Source: Eledone cirrhosa (taxonomy: Eukaryota). From it: a stretch of DNA of 64,000 nucleotides. Under the pieces are notes generated by a model. That model was not told the DNA's origin. It saw only the letters and a program-made list of their open reading frames with translations, and searched no databases. The position numbers and the translations under genes were made by a program. The DNA lies in the NCBI GenBank assembly GCA_964016885.1, contig OZ024743.1, forward strand, positions 235,352,001 through 235,416,000. The letters run 5' to 3'. Shown piece after piece: positions 1 through 15,335 of the stretch (position 1 is the first letter of the stretch; the number at the start of each line of letters is the position of its first letter).

Positions 1-26
1 ATATATATATGTGTGTGTGTGTGTGT
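1..26. repeat. Compound dinucleotide microsatellite (AT)5(GT)8, truncated by the window start
   Basis: Read directly: atatatatat gtgtgtgtgtgtgtgt. Confidence 0.95.
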
Positions 27-80
27 ACAGAGAGTGACAGACAGACATGGAGGGAGGGGTAACAAGAGAGAGGGGGATGA

Positions 81-132
81 GAAGAAGAAGAAGAAAAAGA
101 AGAAGAAGAAGAAGAAGAAGAAGAAGAAGAAG
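81..132 (+). repeat. (GAA)n trinucleotide microsatellite, about 17 units with one AAA interruption, at the end of a purine-rich tract (about 49-132)
   Basis: gaagaagaag... read directly; it produces the poly-K and poly-R runs in the ORF track. Confidence 0.95.
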
Positions 133-234
133 CTTAGTTCACGTGACCAGAATAGTCGGTATGATTTCTGTGTACAAAGCCCGTCGTTGTTTTGTCGTGA
201 CAGAAATAGCACTGACGAACAGCATAGTAAAGAA

Positions 235-960
235 ACACACATATATATACACACACATATACACATATATACACATATACATATATACATACACATATAC
301 ACATATTTACGCATACATATATACACATACACATATACACGTGCCTGTATCGATGTGTGTATATACTTGCATGAATGATTGTGAATGTATGTGTAAGAAT
401 ATATCTGTGTGTTTGTATATACGTGAACTTGTGTACATGTATGCGTATTTGCGTGCATATATGTATATATATATGCATACGTGTGTGTAAATATATGTAT
501 CCATGTATTTATATACATACCTGCATATGTGTGTCCATGTTTGCATGTATATTCATTCATACCTGTGTGTGTGTGTGTGTAAGTATATGTGTGCATGTAT
601 GTGAGCATATATTAGTGTGTTCATGCATGAACACACTAATATATGCTCACATGCATGCACACATATGCGCACATGCTTTCATGTGTATGTGTATGCATGT
701 CTGCATATGTATATGTATGTGCATGCATGCCTGCATGTGTATGTGTACACATATGTACGTGCATGTGTGTCTGTATCTGTATGTGTACACATATGTAATA
801 GCATGTTTGTCTGCATGCGTACATACATGCATATGTACGTGCCTGCTTCTCTGCATGTGCATGTCTGTATGTGTATGTGTACACATATGTATGTGTATGC
901 ATGTCTGTATGTGTATGTGTACACATGTGCATGCATGTCTGTATGTGTATTTGTGCACAT
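235..960. repeat. Degenerate alternating purine-pyrimidine compound microsatellite (AC/AT, then GT/AT/GCAT)
   Basis: acacatatatatacac... up to about 340, then tgtatgtgtatgcatg... up to about 960. It gives HIYT-type and CVCM-type junk translations on both strands. Confidence 0.9.
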
Positions 961-1028
961 TGTAGAAATCTCTTTGTGTAGTATTTCTCTGAAAACAATC
1001 ATGGCGACAGCATAACATACGAACCAAG

Positions 1029-1892
1029 ACAGCAACAACAATAACAACAACAACAACAGTAACAACAACAGTAACAACAACAACAACAACAACAGTAACA
1101 ACAACAGTAACAACAACAAGAGCAACAACAACAGCAGTAACAGCAGCAGCAACAACAACATCAACAGGAACAACAACAGTAACAAAAACAGCAGCAGTAA
1201 CAACAACAACTACGGTAACAACAACAGTAACAACAACAACAACAACAACAGTAACAACAACAACAGTAACAACAACAACAACAGTAATAACAACAACAAC
1301 AACAACAACCACAACAGTAACAACAACAACTACAGTAGAAACAACAACAACCACAACAGTAACAACAACAACTACAGTAGAAACAACAACAACCACAACA
1401 GTAACAACAACAACAATAAGAGTAACAGTAACAACAACAGTAACAACAACAACAGTAACAACAACCACAACAGTAATAACAACAACAACAGGAACAACAA
1501 CAGTAACAACAACAACAACAGTAACAACAATCACACCAGTAACAACAACAACAACTACAGTAACAACAACAGTAACAACAAACACAACAGTAACAACAGT
1601 AACAACAACAACAACAACAACAATAACAACAACAACAGTAACAACAACCACAACAGTAACAACAACAACAGTAACAACAACAACAACAGTAACAATAACT
1701 ACAGTAACAACAACAATAACAACAGTAACAACAACAAAAACAATAACAACAACCACAACAGTAACAACAACAACAACAGTAACAACAACCACAAAAGTAA
1801 CAACAATAACAGTAACAACAACCACAACAGTAACAACAACCACAACAGTAACAACAACAACAGTAACAACAACCACAACAGTAACAAAAACT

Positions 1893-1925
<33 letters not shown>

Positions 1926-2070
1926 GTAACAACAACAACATCAGTAACAACAACAACAACAGTGACAACAACCACAACAGTAACAACAACAGCAGTAACA
2001 ACAACAACAACAGTGACAACAACCACAACAGTAATAACAACAACAGTAACAGCAACAGTAACAACAACAA
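1029..2070 (+). repeat. Interrupted (AAC)n trinucleotide array with AGT roughly every 4-7 triplets and occasional AAT/AGC/CAC/TAC variants
   Basis: aacaacaacagtaacaac... for about 1.04 kb. Triplet phase is kept throughout, as shown by the uninterrupted poly-V/T ORF on the minus strand. Confidence 0.95.
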
Positions 2071-5000
2071 TATATATGTAAACAGTCGTTTCCTGGTTCT
2101 GTGTCAAAGACGGTTTATATAAACACATTAACTTTCAACAGACCAAACATCAACGTTGTTTCTTTTAACTCATCCGCCATTTTCTATCGCCTCCACCATC
2201 CTCTATATTCTACCATCATCACCACCCTTTATATTCTACCATCATCACCACCCTCTATATTCTACCGTCACCACCATAATCTATATTCTACCATCTCCAC
2301 CATCCTCTATATTCTACCATCTCTACCATCCTTTATATACTACCATCTCCATCATCCTCTATATTCTACCATCACCACCATACAATATATTCAACCTTCT
2401 ACACCATCCTCTAAATTCTACCATCACCTCCATCCTCTATAATCTACCATCTCTACCACCCTCTATATTCCACTATCCTCTATATTCTACCATCTCCACC
2501 ATCCTCTACATTCCACCATCCACTATAATCTACCATCACCACCATCCTCTATATTCTACCATCGCCACCATCTCCTATATTCTACCATCACCACCATCCT
2601 ATATATTCTACCATCCTCTATATTCTACCAACACCACCCTCCTCTATATTATACCATCTCCACCATCCTCTATATTCTACCATCTCCACCATCCTCTATA
2701 TTCTACCATCTCCATCATCCTCTATATTCTACCATCTCCACCATCCTCTATATTCTACCATCTCCACCATCCTCTATATTCTACCATCTCCACCATCCTC
2801 TATATTCTACCATCTCCATCATCCTCTATATTCTACCATCTCCACCATCCTCTATATTCTACCATCTCCACCATCCTCTATATTCTACCATCTCCATCAT
2901 CCTCTATATTCTACCATCTCCACCATCCTCTATATTCTACCATCTCCATCATCCTCTATATTCTACCATCTCCACCATACTCTATATTCTACCATCTCCA
3001 CCATCCTGTATATACTACCATCCCCACCATCCTTTATATTCCACCATCCTCTATATTCTACCATCACCACCATCCAATATATTCTGCCATCTCCACCATC
3101 CTCTATAATCTACCATGTCCACCACCCAGTATATTCTACCATCACCACCATCCAATATATTCTACCATCTCCCCCATCCTCTATATTCTACCATCTCCAC
3201 CATCCTCTATATTCTACCATCTCCACCATCCTCTATATTCTACCATCTCCACCATCCACTATATTCTACCATCACCACCATCCTCTACATTCTACCATCA
3301 CCACCATCCTCTATATTCTACCATCACCACCATAATCTATATTCTACCATCTCTACTATCCTCTATATTCTACCATCAACACCATCCTTTATATACTACC
3401 ATCTCCATCATCCACTATATACTACCATCTCCATCATCCACTATATACTACCATCTCCATCATCCTCTATGTTCTACCATCTCCCTATCCTTTATATACT
3501 ACCATCTCCACCATCCTCTATATTCTACCATCTCCCCATCCTCTATAATCTACCATCACCACCACCCTCTATATTCTACCATCTCTACCACCCTCTATAT
3601 TCCACCATCCTCTATATTCTACCATCACCACCATAATCTATATTCTACCATCACCACAATCCTCTATATTCTACCATCTCCACCATCCTCTATATTCTAC
3701 CATCGCCACCATCTCCTATATTCTACCATCACCACCATAATCTATATTCTACCATCACCACAATCCTCTATATTCTACCATCACCACCATCCTTTATATA
3801 CTACCATCTCCATCATCCACTATATACTACCATCTCCATCATCCTCTATATTCTACCATCTCCACCATCTTTTATATACTACCATCTCCACCATCCTCTA
3901 TATACTACCATCTCCACCATCCTCTATATTCTACCATCTCCACCATCCAATATATCCTACCATCTCCACCATCCACAATAATCTACCATCACCACCATCC
4001 TCTATGTTCTACCATCTCCACCATCCACAATAATCTACCATCACCACCATCCTCTATGTTCTACCATCTCCACCACCCTCTATATTCTACCATCTCCATC
4101 ATCCTCTATATTCTACCATCTCCACCATCTTTTATATACTACCATCTCCACCATCCTCTATATACTACCATCTCCACCATCCTCTATATTCTACCATCTC
4201 CACCATCCAATATATCCTACCATCTCCACCATCCACAATAATCTACCATCACCACCATCCTCTATATTCTACCATCTCCACCATCCACAATAATCTACCA
4301 TCTCCACCATCCTCTATATTCTACCATCTCCATCATCCTCTATATTCTACCATCTCCACCATCCTGTATATACTACCATCTCCACCATCCTTTATATTCC
4401 ACCATCCTCTATATTCTACCATCACCACCATCCAATATATTCTGCCATCTCCATCATCCTCTATATTCTACCATCTCCGCCACCCAGTATATTCTACCAT
4501 CACCACCATCCAAAATATTCTACCATCTCCCCAATCCTCTATATTCTACCATCTCCACCATCCACTATATTCTACCATCTCCATCATCCTCTATATTCTA
4601 CCATCTCCATCATCCACTATATACTACCATCTCCATCATCCTCTATATCCTACCATCTCCACCATCCTCTATAATCTACCATCACTGCCACCCTCTATAT
4701 TCTACCATCTCTACCACCCTCTATATTCCACCATCCTCTATATTCTACCATCGCCACCACCCTCTATATCCTACCATCTCTACCACCCTCTATATTTTAC
4801 CATCGCCACCATCTACTATATTCTACCATCACCACCATCCTCTATATTCTACCATCACCACCATAATCTATATTCTACCATCACCACCATAATCTATATT
4901 CTACCATCACCACCATAATCTATATTCTACCATCACCACAATCCTCTATATTCTACCATCACCACCATCCTTTATATACTACCATCTCCATCATCCACTA

Positions 5001-5249
5001 TATACTACCATCTCCATCATCCTCTATATTCTACCATCTCCACCATCTTTTATATACTACCATCTCCACCATCCTCTATATACTACCATCTCCACCATCC
5101 TCTATATTCTACCATCTCCACCATCCAATATATCCTACCATCTCCACCATCCACAATAATCTACCATCACCACCATCCTCTATATTCTACCATCTCCACC
5201 ATCCACAATAATCTACCATCACCACCATCCTCTATGTTCTCCCATCTCC

Positions 5250-8200
5250 ACCACCCTCTATATTCTACCATCTCCACCATCCTCTATATTCTACCATCTC
5301 CACAATCCTCTATATTCTACCATCTCCATCATCCTCTATATTCTACCATCTCCACCATCCTGTATATACTACCATCTCCACCATCCTTTATATTCCACCA
5401 TCCTCTATATTCTACCATCACCACCATCCAATATATTCTGCCATCTCCATCATCCTCTATATTCTACCATCTCCGCCACCCAGTATATTCTACCATCACC
5501 ACCATCCAAAATATTCTACCATCTCCCCAATCCTCTATATTCTACCATCTCCACCATCCACTATATTCTACCATCACCACCATCCTCTATATTCTACCAT
5601 CACCACCATAATCTATATTCTACCATCTCCACTATCCTCTATATTCTACCATCACCACCATCCTTTATATACTACCATCTACATCATCCACTATATACTA
5701 CCATCTCCATCATCCTCTATATTCTACCATCTCCACCATCTTTTATATACTACCATCTCCATCATCCTCTATATTCTACCATCTCCACCATCTAATATAT
5801 TCAACCTTCACCCCATCCTCTATAATCTACCATCACCACCACCCTCCATATTCTACCATCTCTACCAACCTCTATATTCCACCATCCTCTATATTCTACC
5901 ATCACCACCACCCTCTATATCCTACCATCTCTACCACCCTCTATATTTTACCATCGCCACCATCTACTATATTCTAGCATCACCACCATCCTATATATTC
6001 TACCATCCTCTATATTCTACCATCACCACCATCCTCTATATTCTACCATCACCACCATAATCTATATTCTACCATCACCACCATAATCTATATTCTACCA
6101 TCACCACCAAAATCTATATTCTACCATCACCACAATCCTCTATATTCTACCATCTCCACCACCCTCTATATTCTACCATCTCCATCATCCTCTATATTAT
6201 ACCATCTCCACCATCCTCTATATTCTACCATCTCCACAATCCTCTACATTCTACCATCTCCATCATCCTCTATATTCTACCATCTCCACCATCCTGTATA
6301 TACTACCATCTCCACCCTCCTTTATATTCCACCATCCTCTATATTCTACCATCACCACCATCCAATATATTCTGCCATCTCCATCATCCTCTATATTCTA
6401 CCATCTCCGCCACCCAGTATATTCTACCATCACCACCATCCAAAATATTCTACCATCTCCCCAATCCTCTATATTCTACCATCTCCACCATCCACTATAT
6501 TCTACCATCTCCATCATCCTCTATATCCTACCATCTCCACCATCCTCTATAATCTACCATCACCACCACCCTCTATATTCTACCATCTCCACCATCCACA
6601 ATAATCTACCATCACCACCATCCTCTATGTTCTCCCATCTCCACCATCCTCTATATTCTACCATCTCCACCATCCTCTATATTCTACCATCTCCACAATC
6701 CTCTATATTCTACCATCTCCATCATCCTCTATATTCTACCATCTCCACCATCCTGTATATACTACCATCTCCACCATCCTTTATATTCCACCATCCTCTA
6801 TATTCTACCATCACCACCATCCAATATATTCTGCCATCTCCATCATCCTCTATATTCTACCATCTCCGCCACCCAGTATATTCTACCATCACCACCATCC
6901 AAAATATTCTACCATCTCCCCAATCCTCTATATTCTACCATCTCCACCATCCACTATATTCTACCATCACCACCATCCTCTATATTCTACCATCACCACC
7001 ATAATCTATATTCTACCATCTCCACTATCATCTATATTCTACCATCACCACCATCCTTTATATACTACCATCTCCATCATCCACTATATACTACCATCTC
7101 CATCATCCTCTATATCCTACCATGTCCACCATCCTCTATAATCTACCATCACCACCACCCTCTATATTCTACCATCTCTACCACCCTCTATATTCCACCA
7201 TCCTCTATATTCTACCATCACCACCACCCTCTATATTCTATCCTTACCACCATAATCTATATTCTACCATCACCACCATAATCTATATTCTTCCATCACC
7301 ACCATAATCTATATTCTACCATCACCACCATCCTCTATATTCTACCATCTCCACCATCCACAATAATCTACCATCACCACCCTCCTCTATGTTCTCCCAT
7401 CTCTACCACCCTCTATATTCCACCATCCTCTATATTCTACCATCACCACCACCCTCTATATCCTACCATCTCTACCACCCTCTATATTTTACCATCGCAA
7501 CCATCTACTATATTCTACCATCACCACCATCCTCTATATTCTATCCTTACCACCATAATCTATATTCTACCATCACCACCATAATCTATATTCTTCCATC
7601 ACCACCATAATCTATATTCTACCATCACCACAATCCTTTATATACTACAATCTCCATCATCCACTATATACTACCATCTCCATCATCCTCTATATTCTAC
7701 CATCACCACCATCCTTTATATACTACCATCTCCATCATCCACTATATACTACCATCTCCATCATCCTCTATATTCTACCATCTCCACCATCTTTTATATA
7801 CTACCATCTCCACCATCCTCTATATACTACCATCTCCACCATCCTCTATATTCTACCATCCCCACCATCCAATATATCCTACCATCTCCACCATCCACAA
7901 TAATCTACCATCACCACCATCCTCTATATTCTACCATCTCCACCATCCACAATAATCTACCATCACCACCATCCTCTATGTTCTCCCATCTCCACCACCC
8001 TCTATATTCTACCATCTCCACCATCCTCTATATTCTACCATCTCCACCATCCTCTATATTCTACCATCTCCACAATCCTCTATATTCTACCATCTCCATC
8101 ATCCTCTATATTCTACCATCTCCACCATCCTGTATATACTACCATCTCCACCATCCTTTATATTCCACCATCCTCTATATTCTACCATCACCACCATCCA

Positions 8201-11200
8201 ATATATTCTGCCATCTCCATCATCCTCTATATTCTACCATCTCCGCCACCCAGTATATTCTACCATCACCACCATCCAAAATATTCTACCATCTCCCCAA
8301 TCCTCTATATTCTACCATCTCCACCATCCACTATATTCTACCATCACCACCATCCTCTATATTCTACCATCACCACCATAATCTATATTCTACCATCTCC
8401 ACTATCCTCTATATTCTACCATCACCACCATCCTTTATATACTACCATCTACATCATCCACTATATACTACCATCTCCATCATCCTCTATATTCTACCAT
8501 CTCCACCATCTTTTATATACTACCATCTCCATCATCCTCTATATTCTACCATCTCCACCATCTAATATATTCAACCTTCACCCCATCCTCTATAATCTAC
8601 CATCACCACCACCCTCCATATTCTACCATCTCTACCAACCTCTATATTCCACCATCCTCTATATTCTACCATCACCACCACCCTCTATATCCTACCATCT
8701 CTACCACCCTCTATATTTTACCATCGCCACCATCTACTATATTCTAGCATCACCACCATCCTATATATTCTACCATCCTCTATATTCTACCATCACCACC
8801 ATCCTCTATATTCTACCATCACCACCATAATCTATATTCTACCATCACCACCATAATCTATATTCTACCATCACCACCAAAATCTATATTCTACCATCAC
8901 CACAATCCTCTATATTCTACCATCTCCACCACCCTCTATATTCTACCATCTCCATCATCCTCTATATTATACCATCTCCACCATCCTCTATATTCTACCA
9001 TCTCCACAATCCTCTACATTCTACCATCTCCATCATCCTCTATATTCTACCATCTCCACCATCCTGTATATACTACCATCTCCACCCTCCTTTATATTCC
9101 ACCATCCTCTATATTCTACCATCACCACCATCCAATATATTCTGCCATCTCCATCATCCTCTATATTCTACCATCTCCGCCACCCAGTATATTCTACCAT
9201 CACCACCATCCAAAATATTCTACCATCTCCCCAATCCTCTATATTCTACCATCTCCACCATCCACTATATTCTACCATCTCCATCATCCTCTATATCCTA
9301 CCATCTCCACCATCCTCTATAATCTACCATCACCACCACCCTCTATATTCTACCATCTCCACCATCCACAATAATCTACCATCACCACCATCCTCTATGT
9401 TCTCCCATCTCCACCATCCTCTATATTCTACCATCTCCACCATCCTCTATATTCTACCATCTCCACAATCCTCTATATTCTACCATCTCCATCATCCTCT
9501 ATATTCTACCATCTCCACCATCCTGTATATACTACCATCTCCACCATCCTTTATATTCCACCATCCTCTATATTCTACCATCACCACCATCCAATATATT
9601 CTGCCATCTCCATCATCCTCTATATTCTACCATCTCCGCCACCCAGTATATTCTACCATCACCACCATCCAAAATATTCTACCATCTCCCCAATCCTCTA
9701 TATTCTACCATCTCCACCATCCACTATATTCTACCATCACCACCATCCTCTATATTCTACCATCACCACCATAATCTATATTCTACCATCTCCACTATCA
9801 TCTATATTCTACCATCACCACCATCCTTTATATACTACCATCTCCATCATCCACTATATACTACCATCTCCATCATCCTCTATATCCTACCATGTCCACC
9901 ATCCTCTATAATCTACCATCACCACCACCCTCTATATTCTACCATCTCTACCACCCTCTATATTCCACCATCCTCTATATTCTACCATCACCACCACCCT
10001 CTATATTCTATCCTTACCACCATAATCTATATTCTACCATCACCACCATAATCTATATTCTTCCATCACCACCATAATCTATATTCTACCATCACCACCA
10101 TCCTCTATATTCTACCATCTCCACCATCCACAATAATCTACCATCACCACCCTCCACTATGTTCTCCCATCTCTACCACCCTCTATATTCCACCATCCTC
10201 TATATTCTACCATCACCACCACCCTCTATATCCTACCATCTCTACCACCCTCTATATTTTACCATCGCAACCATCTACTATATTCTACCATCACCACCAT
10301 CCTCTATATTCTATCCTTACCACCATAATCTATATTCTACCATCACCACCATAATCTATATTCTTCCATCACCACCATAATCTATATTCTACCATCACCA
10401 CAATCCTTTATATACTACCATCTCCATCATCCACTATATACTACCATCTCCATCATCCTCTATATTCTACCATCACCACCATCCTTTATATACTACCATC
10501 TCCATCATCCACTATATACTACCATCTCCATCATCCTCTATATTCTACCATCTCCACCATCTTTTATATACTACCATCTCCACCATCCTCTATATACTAC
10601 CATCTCCACCATCCTCTATATTCTACCATCCCCACCATCCAATATATCCTACCATCTCCACCATCCACAATAATCTACCATCACCACCATCCTCTATATT
10701 CTACCATCTCCACCATCCACAATAATCTACCATCACCACCATCCTCTATGTTCTCCCATCTCCACCACCCTCTATATTCTACCATCTCCACCATCCTCTA
10801 TATTCTACCATCTCCACCATCCTCTATATTCTACCATCTCCACAATCCTCTATATTCTACCATCTCCATCATCCTCTATATTCTACCATCTCCACCATCC
10901 TGTATATACTACCATCTCCACCATCCTTTATATTCCACCATCCTCTATATTCTACCATCACCACCATCCAATATATTCTGCCATCTCCATCATCCTCTAT
11001 ATTCTACCATCTCCGCCACCCAGTATATTCTACCATCACCACCATCCAAAATATTCTACCATCTCCCCAATCCTCTATATTCTACCATCTCCACCATCCT
11101 CTATATTCTACCATCACCACCATAATCTATATTCTACCATCTCCACTATCCTCTATATTCTACCATCACCACCATCCTTTATATTCTACCATCTCCATCA

Positions 11201-11600
11201 TCCACTATATACTACCATCTCCATCATCCTCTATATTCTACCATCTCCACCATCTTTTATATACTACCATCTCCATCATCCTCTATATTCTACCATCTCC
11301 ACCATCTAATATATTCAACCTTCACCCCATCCTCTATAATCTACCATCACCACCACCCTCCATATTCTACCATCTCTACCAACCTCTATATTCCACCATC
11401 CTCTATATTCTACCATCACCACCACCCTCTATATCCTACCATCTCTACCACCCTCTATATTTTACCATCGCCACCATCTACTATATTCTAGCATCACCAC
11501 CATCCTATATATTCTACCATCCTCTATATTCTACCATCACCACCATCCTCTATATTCTACCATCACCACCATAATCTATATTCTACCATCACCACCATAA
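5250..11600 (+). repeat. Higher-order repeat of about 2770 bp within the 26-bp array (a little over two copies)
   Basis: Rare variants recur at a fixed offset: tctaatatattcaacc at 5791/8561/11305, attctagcat at 5971/8741/11485, cacccagtat at 5477/8247/11017, 6411/9181 and 6870/9640. Identical ORFs lie at 6627/9397, 7122/9892 and 7389/10159. Confidence 0.92.
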
Positions 11601-14341
11601 TCTATATTCTACCATCACCACAATCCTCTATATTCTACCTTCACCACCATCCTTTATATACTACCATCTCCATCATTCACTATATACTACCATCTCCATC
11701 ATCCTCTATATTCTACCATCTCCATCATCTTTTATATACTACCATCTCCACCATCCTCTATATACTACCATCTCCACCATCCTCTATATTCTACCATCCC
11801 CACCATCCAATATATCCTACCATCTCCACCATCCACAATAATCTACCATCACCACCATCCTCTATATTCTACCATCACCACCATCCACAATAATCTACCA
11901 TCACCACCATCCTCTATGTTCTCCCATCTCCACCACCCTCTATATTCTACCATCTCCATCATCCTCTATATTATACCATCTCCACCATCCTCTATATTCT
12001 ACCATCTCCACCATCCTCTATATTCTACCATCTCCACCATCCTCTATATACTACCATCACCACCATCCAATATATTCTACCATCTCCACCATCCTCTAAA
12101 TACTACCATCTCCACCATCCACAATAATCTACCATCACCACCATCCTCTATGTTCTACCATCTCAACCCCCTCTATATTCTACCATCACCACCATCCTTT
12201 ATATTCCACAATCCTCTATATTCTACCATCACCACCATCCTCTATATTCTACCATCTCCACCATCCTCTATATTCTACCATCACCACTACCCTCTATACT
12301 CCACCATCCTCTATATTCTACCATCACCACTACACTCTATACTCCACCATCCTTTATATTCTACCACCTCCACCATTCTCTATATTCTACCACCTTCACC
12401 ATCCTCTACATTCTACCATCACCACCATACTCTATATTCTACCATATCCACCATCCTCTAAATTCTACCATCACCACCATCCTCTAAATTCTACCATCTC
12501 ACCATCCAATATATTCTACCATATCCACCATCCTCTATATTCTACCATCACCACCATCCTCTAAATTCTACCATCTCACCATCCAATATATTCTACTATA
12601 TCCACCATCCTCTATATTCCACCATTCTCTATATTCTACCATCTCCGAGATCCTCTATATTCTACGATAACCACAACCCTCTATATTCTACCATCACCAC
12701 CATCCTCTATATTCTACCATCTCCACCATCCCCTATATTCTGCAATCATCACCACCCTCTATATTCTACCATCCTCTATATTGTACCATCTCCACCATCC
12801 TCTATATTCTACCATTACCAACATCCTCCATATTCTACCATTACACCATCCTCTATATTCTACCATCTCCACCATCCTCTATATTCTACCATCACCACCA
12901 TCCTCTATATTCTACCATCTCCACCATCCTCTATATTCTACCATCTCCACCATCCACTATATTCTACCATCACCACTATTCTCTATATTCTACCATCCCC
13001 ACATCCCTCAATATTCTACCATCACCACCCTCCTCTATGTTCCACCATCCTCTATATTCTACAATCATCACCATTCTAAATATTCTACCACCCTCTATAT
13101 TTTAATACCTCCACCATCCTCTATATACTACCATCTCCACCATCCTCTATATTCTACCACCTCCACCATCCTATATATTCTACCATCTCCACCATCCTCT
13201 ATGTTCTACCATCACCACCACCCTCTATGTTCCACCATCCTCTATATTCTACCACCTTCACCATCCTCTACATTTTACCATCACCACCATACTCTATATT
13301 CTACCATCTCCACCATCCTCTATATTCTACCATCACCACCATCCTCTAAATTCTACCATCTCACCATCCAATATATTCTACCATATCCACCATCCTCTAT
13401 ATTCTACCATCACCACCATCCTCTAAATTCTACCATCTCACCATCCAATATATTCTACTATATCCACCATCCTCTATATATTCTACCATCCTCTATATTC
13501 TACCATCTCCACCATCCTCTATATACTACCATCTCCACCACCATCTATATTCTACCATCTCCACCATCCACTATATTCTACCATAACCACCATCCTCTAT
13601 ATTCTAACATCTCCACCACCCTCTATATTCTACCTTCACCACCACCCTCTATATTCTACCATCACCACCATCCTTTATATTCCACCGTCCTCTATATTCT
13701 ACCATCTCGACCACCCACTATATTATACCATCACCACCACCCTCTATATTCTACCATCACCACCATCCTATATATTCTTCGATCTCCACCATCCTCTATA
13801 TTCTACCATCACCACATCCTCTATATTCTACCATCTCCACCACCCTCTATATTCTACCATCACCACGACGCTCTATATTCCACCATCCTCTATATTCTAC
13901 CATCACCACCATCCTCTATATACTACCATCACCACCATCCCCTATATTCTGCAATCATCACCACCCTCAGTATTCTACCATCCTCTATATTGTACCATCT
14001 CCACTATTCTCTATATTCTACCATTACCACCATACTCTATATTCTACCATCTCCACCATCCTCTATATTCTACAATATCCACCATCCTCTATATTCTACC
14101 ATCTCCACCATCCTCTATATTCTACCATCTCCACCATGCTATATATTCTACCACCTCCACCATCCTATATATTCTACCATCTCCACCATCGTCTATATCC
14201 TACCATCACCACCATCCTCTATATTCTACCACCCTCTATATTTTAATACCTCCACCATCCTCTATATACTACCATCTCCACCATCCTCTATATTCTACCA
14301 CCTCCACCATCCTATATATTCTACCATCTCCACCATCCTCT

Positions 14342-15335
14342 ATGTTCTACCATCACCACCACCCTCTATGTTCCACCATCCTCTATATTCTACCACCTTC
14401 ACCATCCTCTACATTTTACCATCACCACCATACTCTATATTCTACCATCTCCACCATCCTCTATATTCTACCACCACCACCATCCTCTAAATTCTACCAT
14501 CTCACCATCCACTATATTCTACCATCACCACTATTCTCTATATTCTACCATCCCCACCTCCCTCAATATTCTACCATCACCACCCTCCTCTATGTTCCAC
14601 CATCCTCTATATTCTACAATCATCACCATTCTATATATTCTACCACCCTCTATATTTTAATACCTCCACCATCCTCTATATTCTACCATCTCCACCATCC
14701 TCTATATTCTACCACCTCCACCATCCTATATATTCTACCATCTCCACCATCCTCTATGTTCTACCATCACCACCACCCTCTATGTTCCACCATCCTCTAT
14801 ATTCTACCACCTTCACCATCCTCTACATTTTACCATCACCACCATACTCTATATTCTACCATCTCCACCATCCTCTATATTCTACCATCACCACCATCCT
14901 CTAAATTCTACCATCTCACCATCCACTATATTCTACCATCACCACTATTCTCTATATTCTACCATCCCCACCTCCCTCAATATTCTACCATCACCACCCT
15001 CCTCTATGTTCCACCATCCTCTATATTCTACAATCATCACCATTCTATATATTCTACCACCCTCTATATTTTAATACCTCCACCATCCTCTATATTCTAC
15101 CATCTCCACCATCCTCTATATTCTACCACCTCCACCATCCTATATATTCTACCATCTCCACCATCCTCTATGTTCTACCATCACCACCACCCTCTATGTT
15201 CCACCATCCTCTATATTCTACCACCTTCACCATCCTCTACATTTTACCATCACCACCATACTCTATATTCTACCATCTCCACCATCCTCTATATTCTACC
15301 ATCACCACCATCCTCTAAATTCTACCATCTCACCA
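14342..15335 (+). repeat. 414-bp higher-order repeat (about 2.4 copies) within the 26-bp array
   Basis: tccccacctccctcaa at 14551/14965 and tatattttaatacc at 14651/15065; ORF 14342..15742 has a 138-aa period. Confidence 0.88.

Noticed and set aside
138-147. E-box/CLEAR-like palindrome TCACGTGA
   Set aside because: A single 8-bp motif in a 100-bp gap between microsatellites, with no promoter context.
13-2128. ORFs with poly-K, poly-R, poly-V, poly-L and CVCM/HIYT runs
   Set aside because: These are overlapping translations of microsatellites on both strands with no domain-like sequence.
2071-2176. Possible exon in the short unique spacer between the AAC and 26-bp arrays
   Set aside because: No convincing polypyrimidine-AG and GT donor pair was found on either strand.
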